Source: Tubulanus polymorphus
Taxonomy: Eukaryota; Animalia; Nemertea
Direction: 5' to 3'
Assembly (NCBI RefSeq): GCF_964204645.1
Contig: NC_134026.1
Span: forward strand, 3,991,950 to 4,055,949
Length of the DNA: 64,000 nucleotides
Positions 24,854 to 35,700 of this stretch are shown one piece after another. Below the pieces are notes generated by a model, which saw only the letters and a list, made by a program, of their open reading frames with translations, was not told the origin of the DNA and searched no databases. The position numbers were made by a program, and so were the translations under genes. The first letter of the stretch is position 1, and each line of letters starts with the position of its first letter.

Positions 24854-26235
24854 TTAGCAGCCACTGAAAAATATCAATGCAGAATATTTGTATTTTGAAA
24901 ATAGATAGTATTCCACATGGAGAAAAATTAAACCGTATAGGCGAAAGAAACTTACGAGCAAGTTTTATAACAATTCTTTATGGTAAAGTCATAAAATTGG
25001 CTACCGGGCTGGCACCATCCTCTTGATTTACCTTGCTGACAATAACTGGGGCTATAAAAATCCCCACATGGCGCTGGAAACAAATAAATCAGATAAAACG
25101 TTAGACATCGCGCCATATCAAATTTATTTGATGTGAGACTTGTTTTTTTTTCACAGACCCGATGTCGTGGTTTCAGTGAAAGGGATTTTCAAATCCCACG
25201 GAGACAAAATTCCTAAACGTATTAAATTCGCCATATATAACTCAGTTGCCACCTCCACAGCCTCCTGCAAAATAAAAAAAAATAACGCTAGACAGACATA
25301 ATCGGAAAGGATTAGAAGGGAAAATATTGCAGACTGTTTTCTTACCTCTTCTGACTTTCCTGTACTTCTCATTTTTAATCCCGTTGTTCTATCTTCTATA
25401 GTCGCCGTATAGACTCCCTCGCTTTCCTTGACACGTATTCGCACTGCCCTTCCGGTAATGATATCCTATTTCCAACACGTATCATGATTAGAAATAATAG
25501 ATGAAATCTTTTTCAATCATCTACCCACACATGAGCTTTGGCCCTATCGCTTTCAGGTGCATTCACTTTTCCAGCTGAGTATAACTTGTTGTATATAAGA
25601 TACATAGTTTCTGCACCACAACAACGAAATTTACTCTTACATATAAATACATAGTGTTTAAAGCCTAAATTACTAAATCTGAAACTTATCACTTACGTCG
25701 TAGTAATCAGGGAAAAGACCTCCCATCAATTTATCAAATATTCCTTTGACTATTTTTTTACCCGCTTCGATAATATCTGGGAGTATGTCTATAAAGGCAT
25801 CGCCGAGAATCTTGGCAATTTCGCTACCGGCATCACCACCAGCACCACCGCCACCTGTGCCCGACGAGTCTCCACCGATCCCGCCGATGACACCGGTCAG
25901 AATCCCGGTTATGTCAAATTCCCGGCGGTCTTTTGAAGGCTTACCCTCACATAAGTGAACGGCGGCAATCGAGAAACAAACGAAAATGGCTAAAAGGTGA
26001 ATAAAAAACCGGACACATTTTAGAAAGTCCGAATTTAGCCTTGGCCATAGTTTTTGTCGTTTTTACTAGAACGAGTGCGTCGAATATCGAATTCCCATCA
26101 ACGGCAGTCACTTAAGCTCTTCGAGTTTGGCTAATTAATGAGTTTTGAACTAAGTACCAGTGGGTAATTGGAAATCGAAAAACGACCTTCCCATCTGTAG
26201 TTAAGGAGTGGCATGAACTTACCCAGTTTCAGCAT
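24854..26235 (-). CDS. Secreted ShKT-domain protein (signal peptide, RR, Gly-rich, amphipathic helix, alpha/beta domain, ShKT), about 219 aa
   Basis: Exons 26235-26223, 25989-25697, 25465-25346, 25264-25159, 25073-24956 and 24863-24854 join in phase (660 nt). N-terminus MLKLAIFVCFSIAAVHLCEG-KPSKDRR. C-terminus CGDFYSPSYCQQGKSRGWCQPGSQFYDFTIKNCYKTCSGC*, with six Cys and the ShKT C-x3-C-x2-C ending. TATAAAA at 26289-26283 and AATAAA at ~24780-24775 on the minus strand. Confidence 0.85.
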
Positions 26236-26282
26236 GGCCACAAAAAAGACACATGGCAGTGGAAAGCGCACATTAAGGCATA

Positions 26283-26289
26283 TTTTATA
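26283..26289 (-). promoter_or_regulatory. TATA box of the ShKT-domain gene
   Basis: TATAAAA on the minus strand, about 50 bp upstream of the ATG at 26235. Confidence 0.5.
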
Positions 26290-27118
26290 CGTATTCCCTA
26301 TTTTACGAGGCAATTTAGATAAGAAAATCAGAAAGGCTTTTAGTATATTACTTTTTGTGATCAAAAGGTTTTTGAGTGGTGAGAATTTGGCACATGATAG
26401 AGTTCAAGAGTTTGAGACACACAAAAATATTCACAACCCGAAGCACCGTTTCTTTCGACGGAAATGCAATTGTAATTTCATTTCTCTCTCTACTCGAGAG
26501 AAACTGTAGGCAATTCTCCGCGCAGCGTAATCTATCTCGGGTAGTTAATTTGCCATCGCAGCTGCAGAAAGTTAAGACGATGATTTAAATCTTAATTTCC
26601 CATTTGTTTCGGTATCGGATTCCTTCGAATATTAAGTCAAGACCGTCACGACTTCGTGAGTACCGACAATAGCTAGGCGTTAACACTCAGTACTGAAAGA
26701 ACAGCGTCGTGTGTAAAGCGCTAGGCATTTATACAAAAGCGGTCGTATATATACTTAATATAATTATATATATATATATATATATAGGCATAGAAGGTAT
26801 AAGCTTGGTAGGTTGTAAAAATGGTATGAAAATACCGCATATCACATCGCTGTATTCAAACGATGGTGTAGTCGCGTGTATACGATCACATGTAAGTATT
26901 CCATTACAGATAGTTCGCTTGGATTATTAATTACATTTATGTATCTTGTAACATAACCTCAGTAGATACCTATGATAATAACGTCGATTCATTAGTACAC
27001 ATACATATGAATTATCTTTACGCGGTGTGATTAGAACGAAGTATTGTGTTTTTTCTTGAATGTCGATGATAATCAAGAGTAGACATGTTATGATTATGTG
27101 TTTTTGGTTTTGCACAGG

Positions 27119-28075
27119 ATGGCCAGCTCACCAAAAAATCGAAAACTCATCAGTAGTCGCCAGAGCCTGAGAATCAACACTTACGGTGACGCGAAAGCAA
27201 ATTTACCAAACGGCCATCAAACATTTGGCGGAATTCCTTCACTTAAGTCAATGAAACAGGGGATAGTTCGCAATCAGCTATGCAACGGTATAAGTTATGT
27301 TCTGCCCGTAGCGAAAAGCAAGAATTCGACGGAAAATGAGTATCGTACAGATTTGAAAGCCATGTTTCACAAGCCGTATGTGTACGATCGTTTACAATTC
27401 GATGACGAGAGAGTATGCGCGAGCGCCAAGTTGCACCTTAAAGCGTTTGGCGTGCTGAGCAGAGAGAGGAAAGAAGTTCTCGAGCTTTACAGACCAAATT
27501 ACGATAAAATCCGATTAAATTCAGCCTGTGAGATGGCTCGAAATCAATACACTCGTTCCGCCCCGAGTAATATGCGTCGGAGGGTCGCTCCGGTCGAAAT
27601 GAGACCGAATTCGGCTTTCAACCACCCGATCGCTCCGATTGTTCCCAAAGAAATCAAACGTATTCAAGAAGAAGCACAAAAAGCTCTCGTATCTATGCCA
27701 GAATTTGCAACGGAGACGGACAGCGTCGACGAAAACGAGCAAATAAAGTCTCAATCGCCGAAAACTAACATTAACAACGAGCGATCCCCGAACGACAGCT
27801 TTTTGAATACAGGCGGCGATAGATTCAAAAACGGTGTATCAATATTGAAAACTAGGCGACCACCGACGCGGTACATTTACACAAAACCCACAGATACCGC
27901 CAATATTCACAATTTCGAGGATGTGAAAAACATCACGGCTATCGTTAAACCGAAACTACCCGACAAAATGAAGTCGCCATTTTTGAGCGCCGAACGAAAC
28001 GGCTATGTATGGGATTGGTTAACCGAGGATGCCGGGGTTAAAGATTTTGATTATTTTCTTAAAGTCTGCGGATGA
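27119..28075 (+). CDS. Uncharacterised 318-aa basic protein, single coding exon
   Basis: 957-nt ORF whose ATG lies immediately after a strong acceptor (ttttggttttgcacAG|gATG), implying a non-coding first exon. Coding-like composition, ending in WDWLTEDAGVKDFDYFLKVCG*. No family recognised. Confidence 0.8.
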   Translation: MASSPKNRKLISSRQSLRINTYGDAKANLPNGHQTFGGIPSLKSMKQGIVRNQLCNGISYVLPVAKSKNSTENEYRTDLKAMFHKPYVYDRLQFDDERVCASAKLHLKAFGVLSRERKEVLELYRPNYDKIRLNSACEMARNQYTRSAPSNMRRRVAPVEMRPNSAFNHPIAPIVPKEIKRIQEEAQKALVSMPEFATETDSVDENEQIKSQSPKTNINNERSPNDSFLNTGGDRFKNGVSILKTRRPPTRYIYTKPTDTANIHNFEDVKNITAIVKPKLPDKMKSPFLSAERNGYVWDWLTEDAGVKDFDYFLKVCG

Positions 28076-31000
28076 AAAAAAAAAACATCCGAGAATTTTT
28101 GTATTTTCAAAAAATGAACGAATTTTTTGTTACTTGTCTATTAGTTTTTAAATATATTCTTTAAGAAGAAGGTGTTAGTTTCTTACTCTTATTACATTAT
28201 ATTTTCTGCAGTGTAACAAGAGTCTGTGAAAAAAACCAACATGCGTGGCTAATGAGTTTCTACGTCGACATCATATTTCTTGTTATTGTTTAAGTAGAAA
28301 ATATCTTTCGTATAATATTTCCGCAATATTTCATAGGAAATCCATTTCATACACGGCCGCTAGCTAATCGCTTATATCTTCCACAACTGCAACGCAACAT
28401 GCAACAAGAGTGATAATTAGGAGCTTACCAGAATTTCCAATAAACGGAACACTTTTAACCCTAAACTCCCGATAATATCGACCGAATGCCGTCGACCAAT
28501 ATGGCCGCTCAATGGGGAATATCACCTTTTAAAAACTTGCCCGATGAATCTGGTGAAATCTTCACGATGATTTGAGATTGCGATAGCGTAATTGACTATC
28601 AATAAATGATGTGACACATCCCCATATGGGACGTTATAGATTTTGAATGAACTGAGTTGAACCGTCAGCGGCGAGATTCTAGAATAACGTGAAATAAATA
28701 TCAATATCGATATTTGGTCATAAACGGCAATTTCACACTTAATATATCGGTTTCCGATACGAAGTTAAACCACAAAAAAAAACGGTCGCAGTTCATACCG
28801 TCCGAAGGAAGTGCGACATCATAAATCTTGAAACCGATATATTCATAGTAAATCGATATTTTAAAAATGTTAATGAACCAAAATCATACTACGGATTTAA
28901 GAGAAATCGGAGTTCCGAAATGTGGGTGGTACAACAGCTATTTCATTTCTGACGATGAGGTTGTTTGAAAATTGATTGACTGACGAAAAAAGTAACAGAA
29001 ACAAGATAAATACAACTGGATGTCAACATTTTCTATTTTCAAACCAGACTGGTTTTCAATTCTTTACTCAGATAGTAACCCGGTCTCGTTGTTTATTTAC
29101 TCACTTGATCTGGCATTTCCCTTGTCTAATCTTAACGTCGGCGCGGGAAATGCTCATTTTACAGTTTCCGCAGAAAGAGGCAGCTTTTTCTACCGTCTTT
29201 TTTATAACGGTATAAACCAAAAGTCATCGTATAACTCTTTTATAACCCGACGCTATCATCTGTGCCACACTGGAAATTCGTATCCAATTTCTCATGCTAC
29301 AATTACTTTTATGCGCGAAATGTTGGACTAGCGATAGGAATAAACCATCTCCACTATTTCGGCTGTAATTCTGAGGAATGGCCATATGTTAGCCATTTAT
29401 TGGATAACTCTTCGTTGTATACATGCAATAGTTATATAACTTTGTGTGCAATATACATGTACAAGCATAGTTTATCCACCATGAACTCACTGCTCAATGA
29501 GTCTGTATCTTGATGAAATCATATCTTGCCAGGAAACGAAAAAGTGAAATTTCCTACTATTTTTCCTAAACTTTCCTTAACAGACATAATCATTTTTCTT
29601 TATCATATCGGCTATCATGGTGATGGTAAACTTCGGCCATTTCTGATCGGGCATTTCTTCTATTAACATTCACATTACCTGTCAACCTAATTTCAACTAA
29701 ATTCACTGATTGTTTTCGCGTGAACAGAGGCATTCATTGTAAGCCACGTTTCTGAAAAACGGCAATGCAGAAAATCCCCGGTATGAGAATTCAAGTGTAT
29801 ATTCAACCACTATTAGTATATTTATTATATGTATTATGTATTTTATCTAAACACCACTATGTTGAACATCAAACCATCAAAGACTAATGCAAGTCGGCAT
29901 TGAGCTTATCATTCAACTAGTAGAGGTTTGTATGATGTTTTTGATAACGGTTTATGATATTGTTCTTCGTGTTCTTTTTTCCTTCCTCTGAATGCCACCA
30001 CGATATAGCTGTTAGCTGAAAATGTAAACCTGAATGTTATCACACGTTCTGGATTCTGAATCATATCGCTCGCAGCCTTTCGAAAACCGTGCGTTTCCTT
30101 CTAGTTTATCCCCCCTGACAATACGCGGTTTTGAAGTCGGTTATTTTATTACATCGGCTCTTCTTCGGGGGCTTTATGGCGTGCCGTGTTTTCCGTCGAC
30201 TCGACGGATGAAATGCACCTCATCGAGAGAAATAGTGGTTGGTAGACGATTATAAAACTCTTTTATCGCCACGATATCGTATCATCTCAGGGAGCTCTTG
30301 ATTTACAAATCTATTTCTGCAAATCATACTTGCCTGTGACACAAATAATGTACTATACCGCTGACATTGCTTCTATAAATTCACGAATGCATTTCCTATG
30401 CTCCATTCGCATTTCATCATTCGTTTTGTCCATTTGCGTATGACTGTGAATCTATTCTTATTGAAACTGCCTTTCAAGCATTCTTCTTCATTTACCCTTT
30501 CTTTTATTTCTAGCTAACTTAGGAAGGTATTTTCTACAGTCTAGACGAATAGATTTATCAATTTCGACCAGATATATGAACATCATTTTTTTGCGTCTAG
30601 TTTGTTTATTTCAGTGGAGCATACAGCCCTTTAAGATTTCAGTGAGAATTTGAAGCACAGCCACTCGGTGTTCATCTTCAATATGTGTATATATCCAATA
30701 ATAAAATAATATCACCCGGAAACTAGGATACGATTACCAAACCAGCCTTTAACAAAACCGAAAATAGTGTTTGATTCGAGCATTCTCTGGTGACATCGTC
30801 AGCTGTTTTGGTTCTCACTTCCGGTCAATGGATAAGCGGTACCGCTCGCTTTTCTATAGCTATCGCGTTTCACGAAGTAAACATACACATTCACTGGTAT
30901 ATATGGTGTTATTATTTAAGAAAGATCTAACAACAAAATCTAACATCAAACATGGTAATTCAAATATTGTAATAACAGATTTCGTGCAGTTTCTTAATGA

Positions 31001-31664
31001 GAGTTTTGAATATTCTTTTTTTACAATAGGTGTTCCGTGGAAATCCTCGTAACGAATGTTCACCGTCATCGTTGATATCCAGGCGCATTAAGATTTGGCA
31101 AAATATACCCTATCGTTCTACGTTGGTTGTCCGTTCCAATGGGAACCTGCGACCTCCTATGGCAATCGAGGATTCCACTTGTTGCAGGCGAGGATCCGCC
31201 AGGTTCGCTAGCAGTTATTCGGTCTTCCGCGTTCGATTTCTACTACATTTTCAATGAAAGCTGAATTAACATTTTCTTAAATTTATCAATAAGTTTTAAA
31301 AACTATACCAAACATATGAGTAGAAACATGAATTTATTATATATTTAGTAGGACCTGTGATGATATATGGATTTGGGAACCTTATTATTCAAAGTTCATT
31401 GACTAATTTCGTCACGTCATCTGGTGGGATAGCGCATAGTATGCGTCGAAATGCGTGGCCCTTTGGCGTATGTTTTTGTTTTTCTCTTCAACTATGTTCA
31501 GTAAAGACTACGATATTGATATGCATAGTTTTCGGTGCCTTCGGTCACTCATTCTCGATCGTCTTAGAAATTCTGAGATTGTCGGCAATAGTTATGTATT
31601 TGTATACGGTACACATTCATCAATTTTTCATGGATTTCCGTCGAGAATAAACCGTAATTTGATT

Positions 31665-32217
31665 CTATTCATATTTGTCCATCGTGCCTTTTGCAGACAA
31701 TAAATACGAATGTTGCTGAAATGCATTCAACGAGAAATAAGGTTTTCCCGTAGAAATTCCCAAGTTACTCTCGTAGGTTCTTCTGACGTCTGTCATTTTT
31801 TTCCTCAAAACATTTTCTTACCTGTGATTTCTTTCCATCGAACTCTTTTCTACTTTGGAACGGGGACTGTTCTTTCAACATTTCCCAGGTGGCTTCCTAC
31901 GTCGACCAAATAACGACCAGCGATACAGCATTAGACTATGAGTAAACGAGCTTAGAAAAAACCGTTTTGTTTCTGACGGCGGTTATATGGCTTATTTCGT
32001 CCCAAGGGGCCCTTAACATAAAACAAAACACCTGTATTACATCAGCAATATTCGAGGTATAGTGTGAAACTGGAATTCTCAATTTTCACCCAAAAGCGCC
32101 TTATCGAATATTCGCGGATAAACCTACCGAAAAGGCTTAGGTATTTATTGTGTTGTTAATGTAACCTTTCGCTCGTCGGTAACTGCCCGATCCTCTTCTT
32201 AATTTCCTTTGCGCCAT
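31665..32217 (-). CDS. Candidate small 4-exon gene or pseudogene (71 aa)
   Basis: Exons 32217-32166, 32069-32032, 31896-31822 and 31715-31665 are phase-consistent with 96-135 nt GT-AG introns: MAQRKLRRGSGSYRRAKVSHYTSNIADVIQEATWEMLKEQSPFQSRKEFDGKKSQQHSYLLSAKGTMDKYE*. Promoter-like motifs lie just upstream. No homology recognised. Confidence 0.3.
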
Positions 32218-32530
32218 TTCTGATTCAGAAAACTGTTATCAACTCGTGGAATGTAAAGATCATGTTTTTCCACCTGCGGCTCAGGATCCGTTTCTTCTGC
32301 TCTCTACGAACCGCTGCGCGTGTTATTCTGGATGCGTTATTGATGGACTCCACACGAGCGTTCCGCCGGTCACGGTACGTATAGAAAAAGCTTGTTAACG
32401 TAATTATTCCCACCGTGCAATAAGGTCTGAAATGTGATCTTAGATGTTAGTTGCCGGTATGATTTTTTTTTCACGATTTTTAGCTTCTGGTAATTTACGT
32501 TTATTTAGCTTTAGGTAACCTGTGTGTGTT

Positions 32531-32574
32531 CATTGGCGTCGGCCAATCATTGCCTAACAATGGCGTCACGTGAT
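32531..32574. promoter_or_regulatory. Compact promoter-like motif cluster
   Basis: Two opposed CCAAT boxes (attgg, ccaat), an X-box-like near-palindrome cattgcctaacaatg, and the E-box gtcacgtga, all within 45 bp. Confidence 0.4.
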
Positions 32575-32721
32575 CGGATGTTTCGAGTCATTATTTCATG
32601 TATAATAGAAAATTTGGCAAGAACCATCTTTAGTCACGATATTCGAATAAAACGCTCTAAAGTGTCAACTGTAGATAAATGAAGTTCCGCGATATGATTT
32701 TATGTGATGAATTATATCAAT

Positions 32722-32792
32722 AAATGAAATCACAACGTTTCGGCTGTTGACTAACAGCAATCATCAACAACCGAAATGTTGTGCTTTCATTT
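32722..32792. repeat. 71-nt hairpin containing a degenerate hammerhead-like core (Penelope/retrozyme-type remnant?)
   Basis: 29-bp arms (32722-32750 / 32764-32792) with 2 mismatches and one G-U pair. The minus strand reads TGATGA-tt-gctgtt-agtc-aacagc-CGAAAC-gtt. Confidence 0.5.
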
Positions 32793-35700
32793 TGAACGAA
32801 TCTAATCACTTAAAATTCTATGGGACTTTCTTCGTTTATCAATCATGATATTTCATTCAAGCGATTTGTATCTTTTTTTCCAATTTAATCAATCGTGCAA
32901 GCGCTGTCTATAACGTATTCGTCTCATTACATTTACGATACTATGGTTATATTTGTTTTGTATGAATACCACTTTTTTTCGATCTTTTTTTTCAATACGA
33001 TCTATAGATCTAAAGGTGAAAATATTCAAAATCTTTCAAATTATTCATAAGTTCATATAGATGCTATGTAATCATGTAGGCTACGATAAAATGAAAGATT
33101 TCGATTTCGTAATAACTTGATACACTCGAGGTCATTCGTATGTATACGAGTACATACTCAGTTCACGTTAGGAAAATGAATGCATCAATTTCAGCTAATT
33201 TCATGGTAATATTTCCGAATATTCTATATTTACAACGTGTTATCAAATTCCATTGATTTGTAGCGCGATCCCGTTCGATGCGTCTATGTGTCATTACTCA
33301 AATTCAGCACCCATTGTCCAGCATGCTACGATAAACATTGGCCGCGAGGAAATTCATTATCGCCCGGTCAAGATATCAAATTGTTGCCGCATATTTATGC
33401 ATATTTATCATCTGGATTGTTGTTCGGCTAAGCGGATAAGCATGTCTTCTAAGCGCGATAGCGAGCGCTTGTTAGCAACATTTCGCGCTGGAATCAGGTT
33501 TCCAATCAATAACCGACTTTCGACAAAATTCTAAACCCGTTTCAGCACTTTTAGATCGAACTGGGGTAATGCGTTACTGTTGAACACGTGTAAACTGTCT
33601 AAATTTCCCGCTTCATCGCGTAACGTTATACGTTTCTTTACATTCTGACAAGTTTAAACCTAAATACTAATTCGCTGACAACTTCAAGTTTTAAACATCT
33701 TTCTCAGTTTCTAAAGCCTGCTTCAATTCCAACAATCTATTTGTATCCTTAAATAACATCGCACAAGCTACAGGCAGCATTTCAGTGACTCCTGTACCGT
33801 CGTATCATCGATGAATTACATGTGATTTGAGTTGAGTATCTCGAAACCCTTGATGACATCTATTTTTATTTCGATCATTATTTCTTGATGCACATTGTTC
33901 TGATTGTGGGAACGCAGCCATTGTTTGTAGATTAATGACCTGTGATTATTTTTTTTCTATTATGGACATTTTTACTAACGCCCACGTAAGACCATTTCTG
34001 ATCGAAGACTAGTAGAGGTTCTTTATGTTTTGTTTCTCGCTGGAGAGTTTTCCAAATTTAGCTATTTTCCCCATCACCACCGTGATGACAATTTAGCACA
34101 TTGTTTAAACATTGAATATTCATATCAAACAGATCATAAGCCTCACTCATTTTAAGTGACGTCATTTAGCCGTCAGTTGGTCACATGTCATCCAACAAAA
34201 ATGGATAATGTGGGGATTTTTTACACACTTTTAGGGACTGTCATATAAATCATGCATTGTGTTGACCGTCAATATACATTCGTCCGTATATGATAAAGCC
34301 ACACGGCTGCGATGAGTCTATATTCTTAGCTAGTGAGATCTGATAAAACATCGACAATTAGCTATGTTCCGGTTTGCTAGAGGGTAGGCCTAATCGCAAG
34401 GGATATTTTTGCAAAATATAAACTGCTTTGCTTTCATATGGCCTGTTCAAAGCGAAATGTGCGCTTTTTAACAATCACTCCTGTACACGATCCCAACTCA
34501 TCCCGACAAAACATATATATTCAATATTCGCTCTATCTTCCGGCTCAGTGGACAATCTTGTTACACTTAACGAACATTTCACGCGCATTTTGCATCAGCG
34601 TATTCTATGTATGTATACATATATACGTGTTTACTGGATGAATTCACTGTAATTTCTGATTTTTCTTTCACGGTGTTATTCCCCGGAACGAATATCGCGA
34701 CATTGTGTATTTTCAGTTTCTCTTTTTCGCTGCAAAACACGAACTGAAAAAGTTGCCTTTGACGTCCGTGGCGCGTAAAGTGATTTTCAGTTATGAACGT
34801 CGCACAAAATGTCATTGCGGGGAAAATAAAGGAAATCGTTGTCGATTTTATTCTCGAATTGCCCGACTATCGATATTAGATCACCGAGTAATTCAGTCAC
34901 GAATATTGTTGATCGATTAAAACACGACGTCGGCGAACAAAGTTACTCGACACCCGATATCTAGTCAGCCCGAATGATCAATTGGACCAGGGCTCATCGT
35001 CAATAGTTTGCTAATATGGAGCGAAAGAGCGGTTTCAATTTTCTGAATTGTGTATTGTCGGAAATGTTATTTGTCACGAGGCGCCGCGTTTTGAAAAGAG
35101 ATCAGGCGTTTCCCCCGAAGAACATAAGCAGTTTTTTGTTAGTTACCGAGAATCTCAAATCCATCCCGAAATTCGCCGGCTATGATTATTTCTCATGCCG
35201 GTCCGCAGAGACCGAAATCATCGATATTTATCAACGAGATCCATATTCCATGACTGCTTATGATTTGTATTTCACGTTGATTCAGTTGAACACCGTGTCT
35301 TCGGAATCCATTTACCGTAAAAAGTAATATGATAAAACGCCACGGCCGAACAATATCTCATAAACACGCTTTCGATTATGGCTCCGGTTTGGCTTTTTTT
35401 TAGGTAAAAGCCACATGAACGATGCGTTCTCTTGACACTATGCAACATCCATCTTGCGACTCCCGGAGGCTCTTTCCACAACCATTATACATATTAAACC
35501 TGTCTCCTTTACCGCCCGCAGCTCAAGTGATTTACCGAGCAAAACCTTCGAGAAGTTAATACTTCATCCAAGGCTTAGGTATGTTATCCTATGAATTATT
35601 ACTGCGATTAATCATTTTACCAGAACTCTAAATGTCAGATTACGAGACATGCGGATTAAAAGAGAAAACGCTATTCGGTTTCTAAACAACCGGTAATTTG

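Noticed and set aside
25990-26048. Apparent frameshifted start (ATG GCC AAG... / ATG TGT CCG) for the secreted gene
   Set aside because: A 13-nt first exon at 26235-26223 with a GTAAGT donor splices in frame to the acceptor at 25990, so no frameshift is needed.
32247-32268. tggaatgtaaaga matches the first 13 nt of miR-1
   Set aside because: The 3' half diverges and there is no convincing precursor hairpin.
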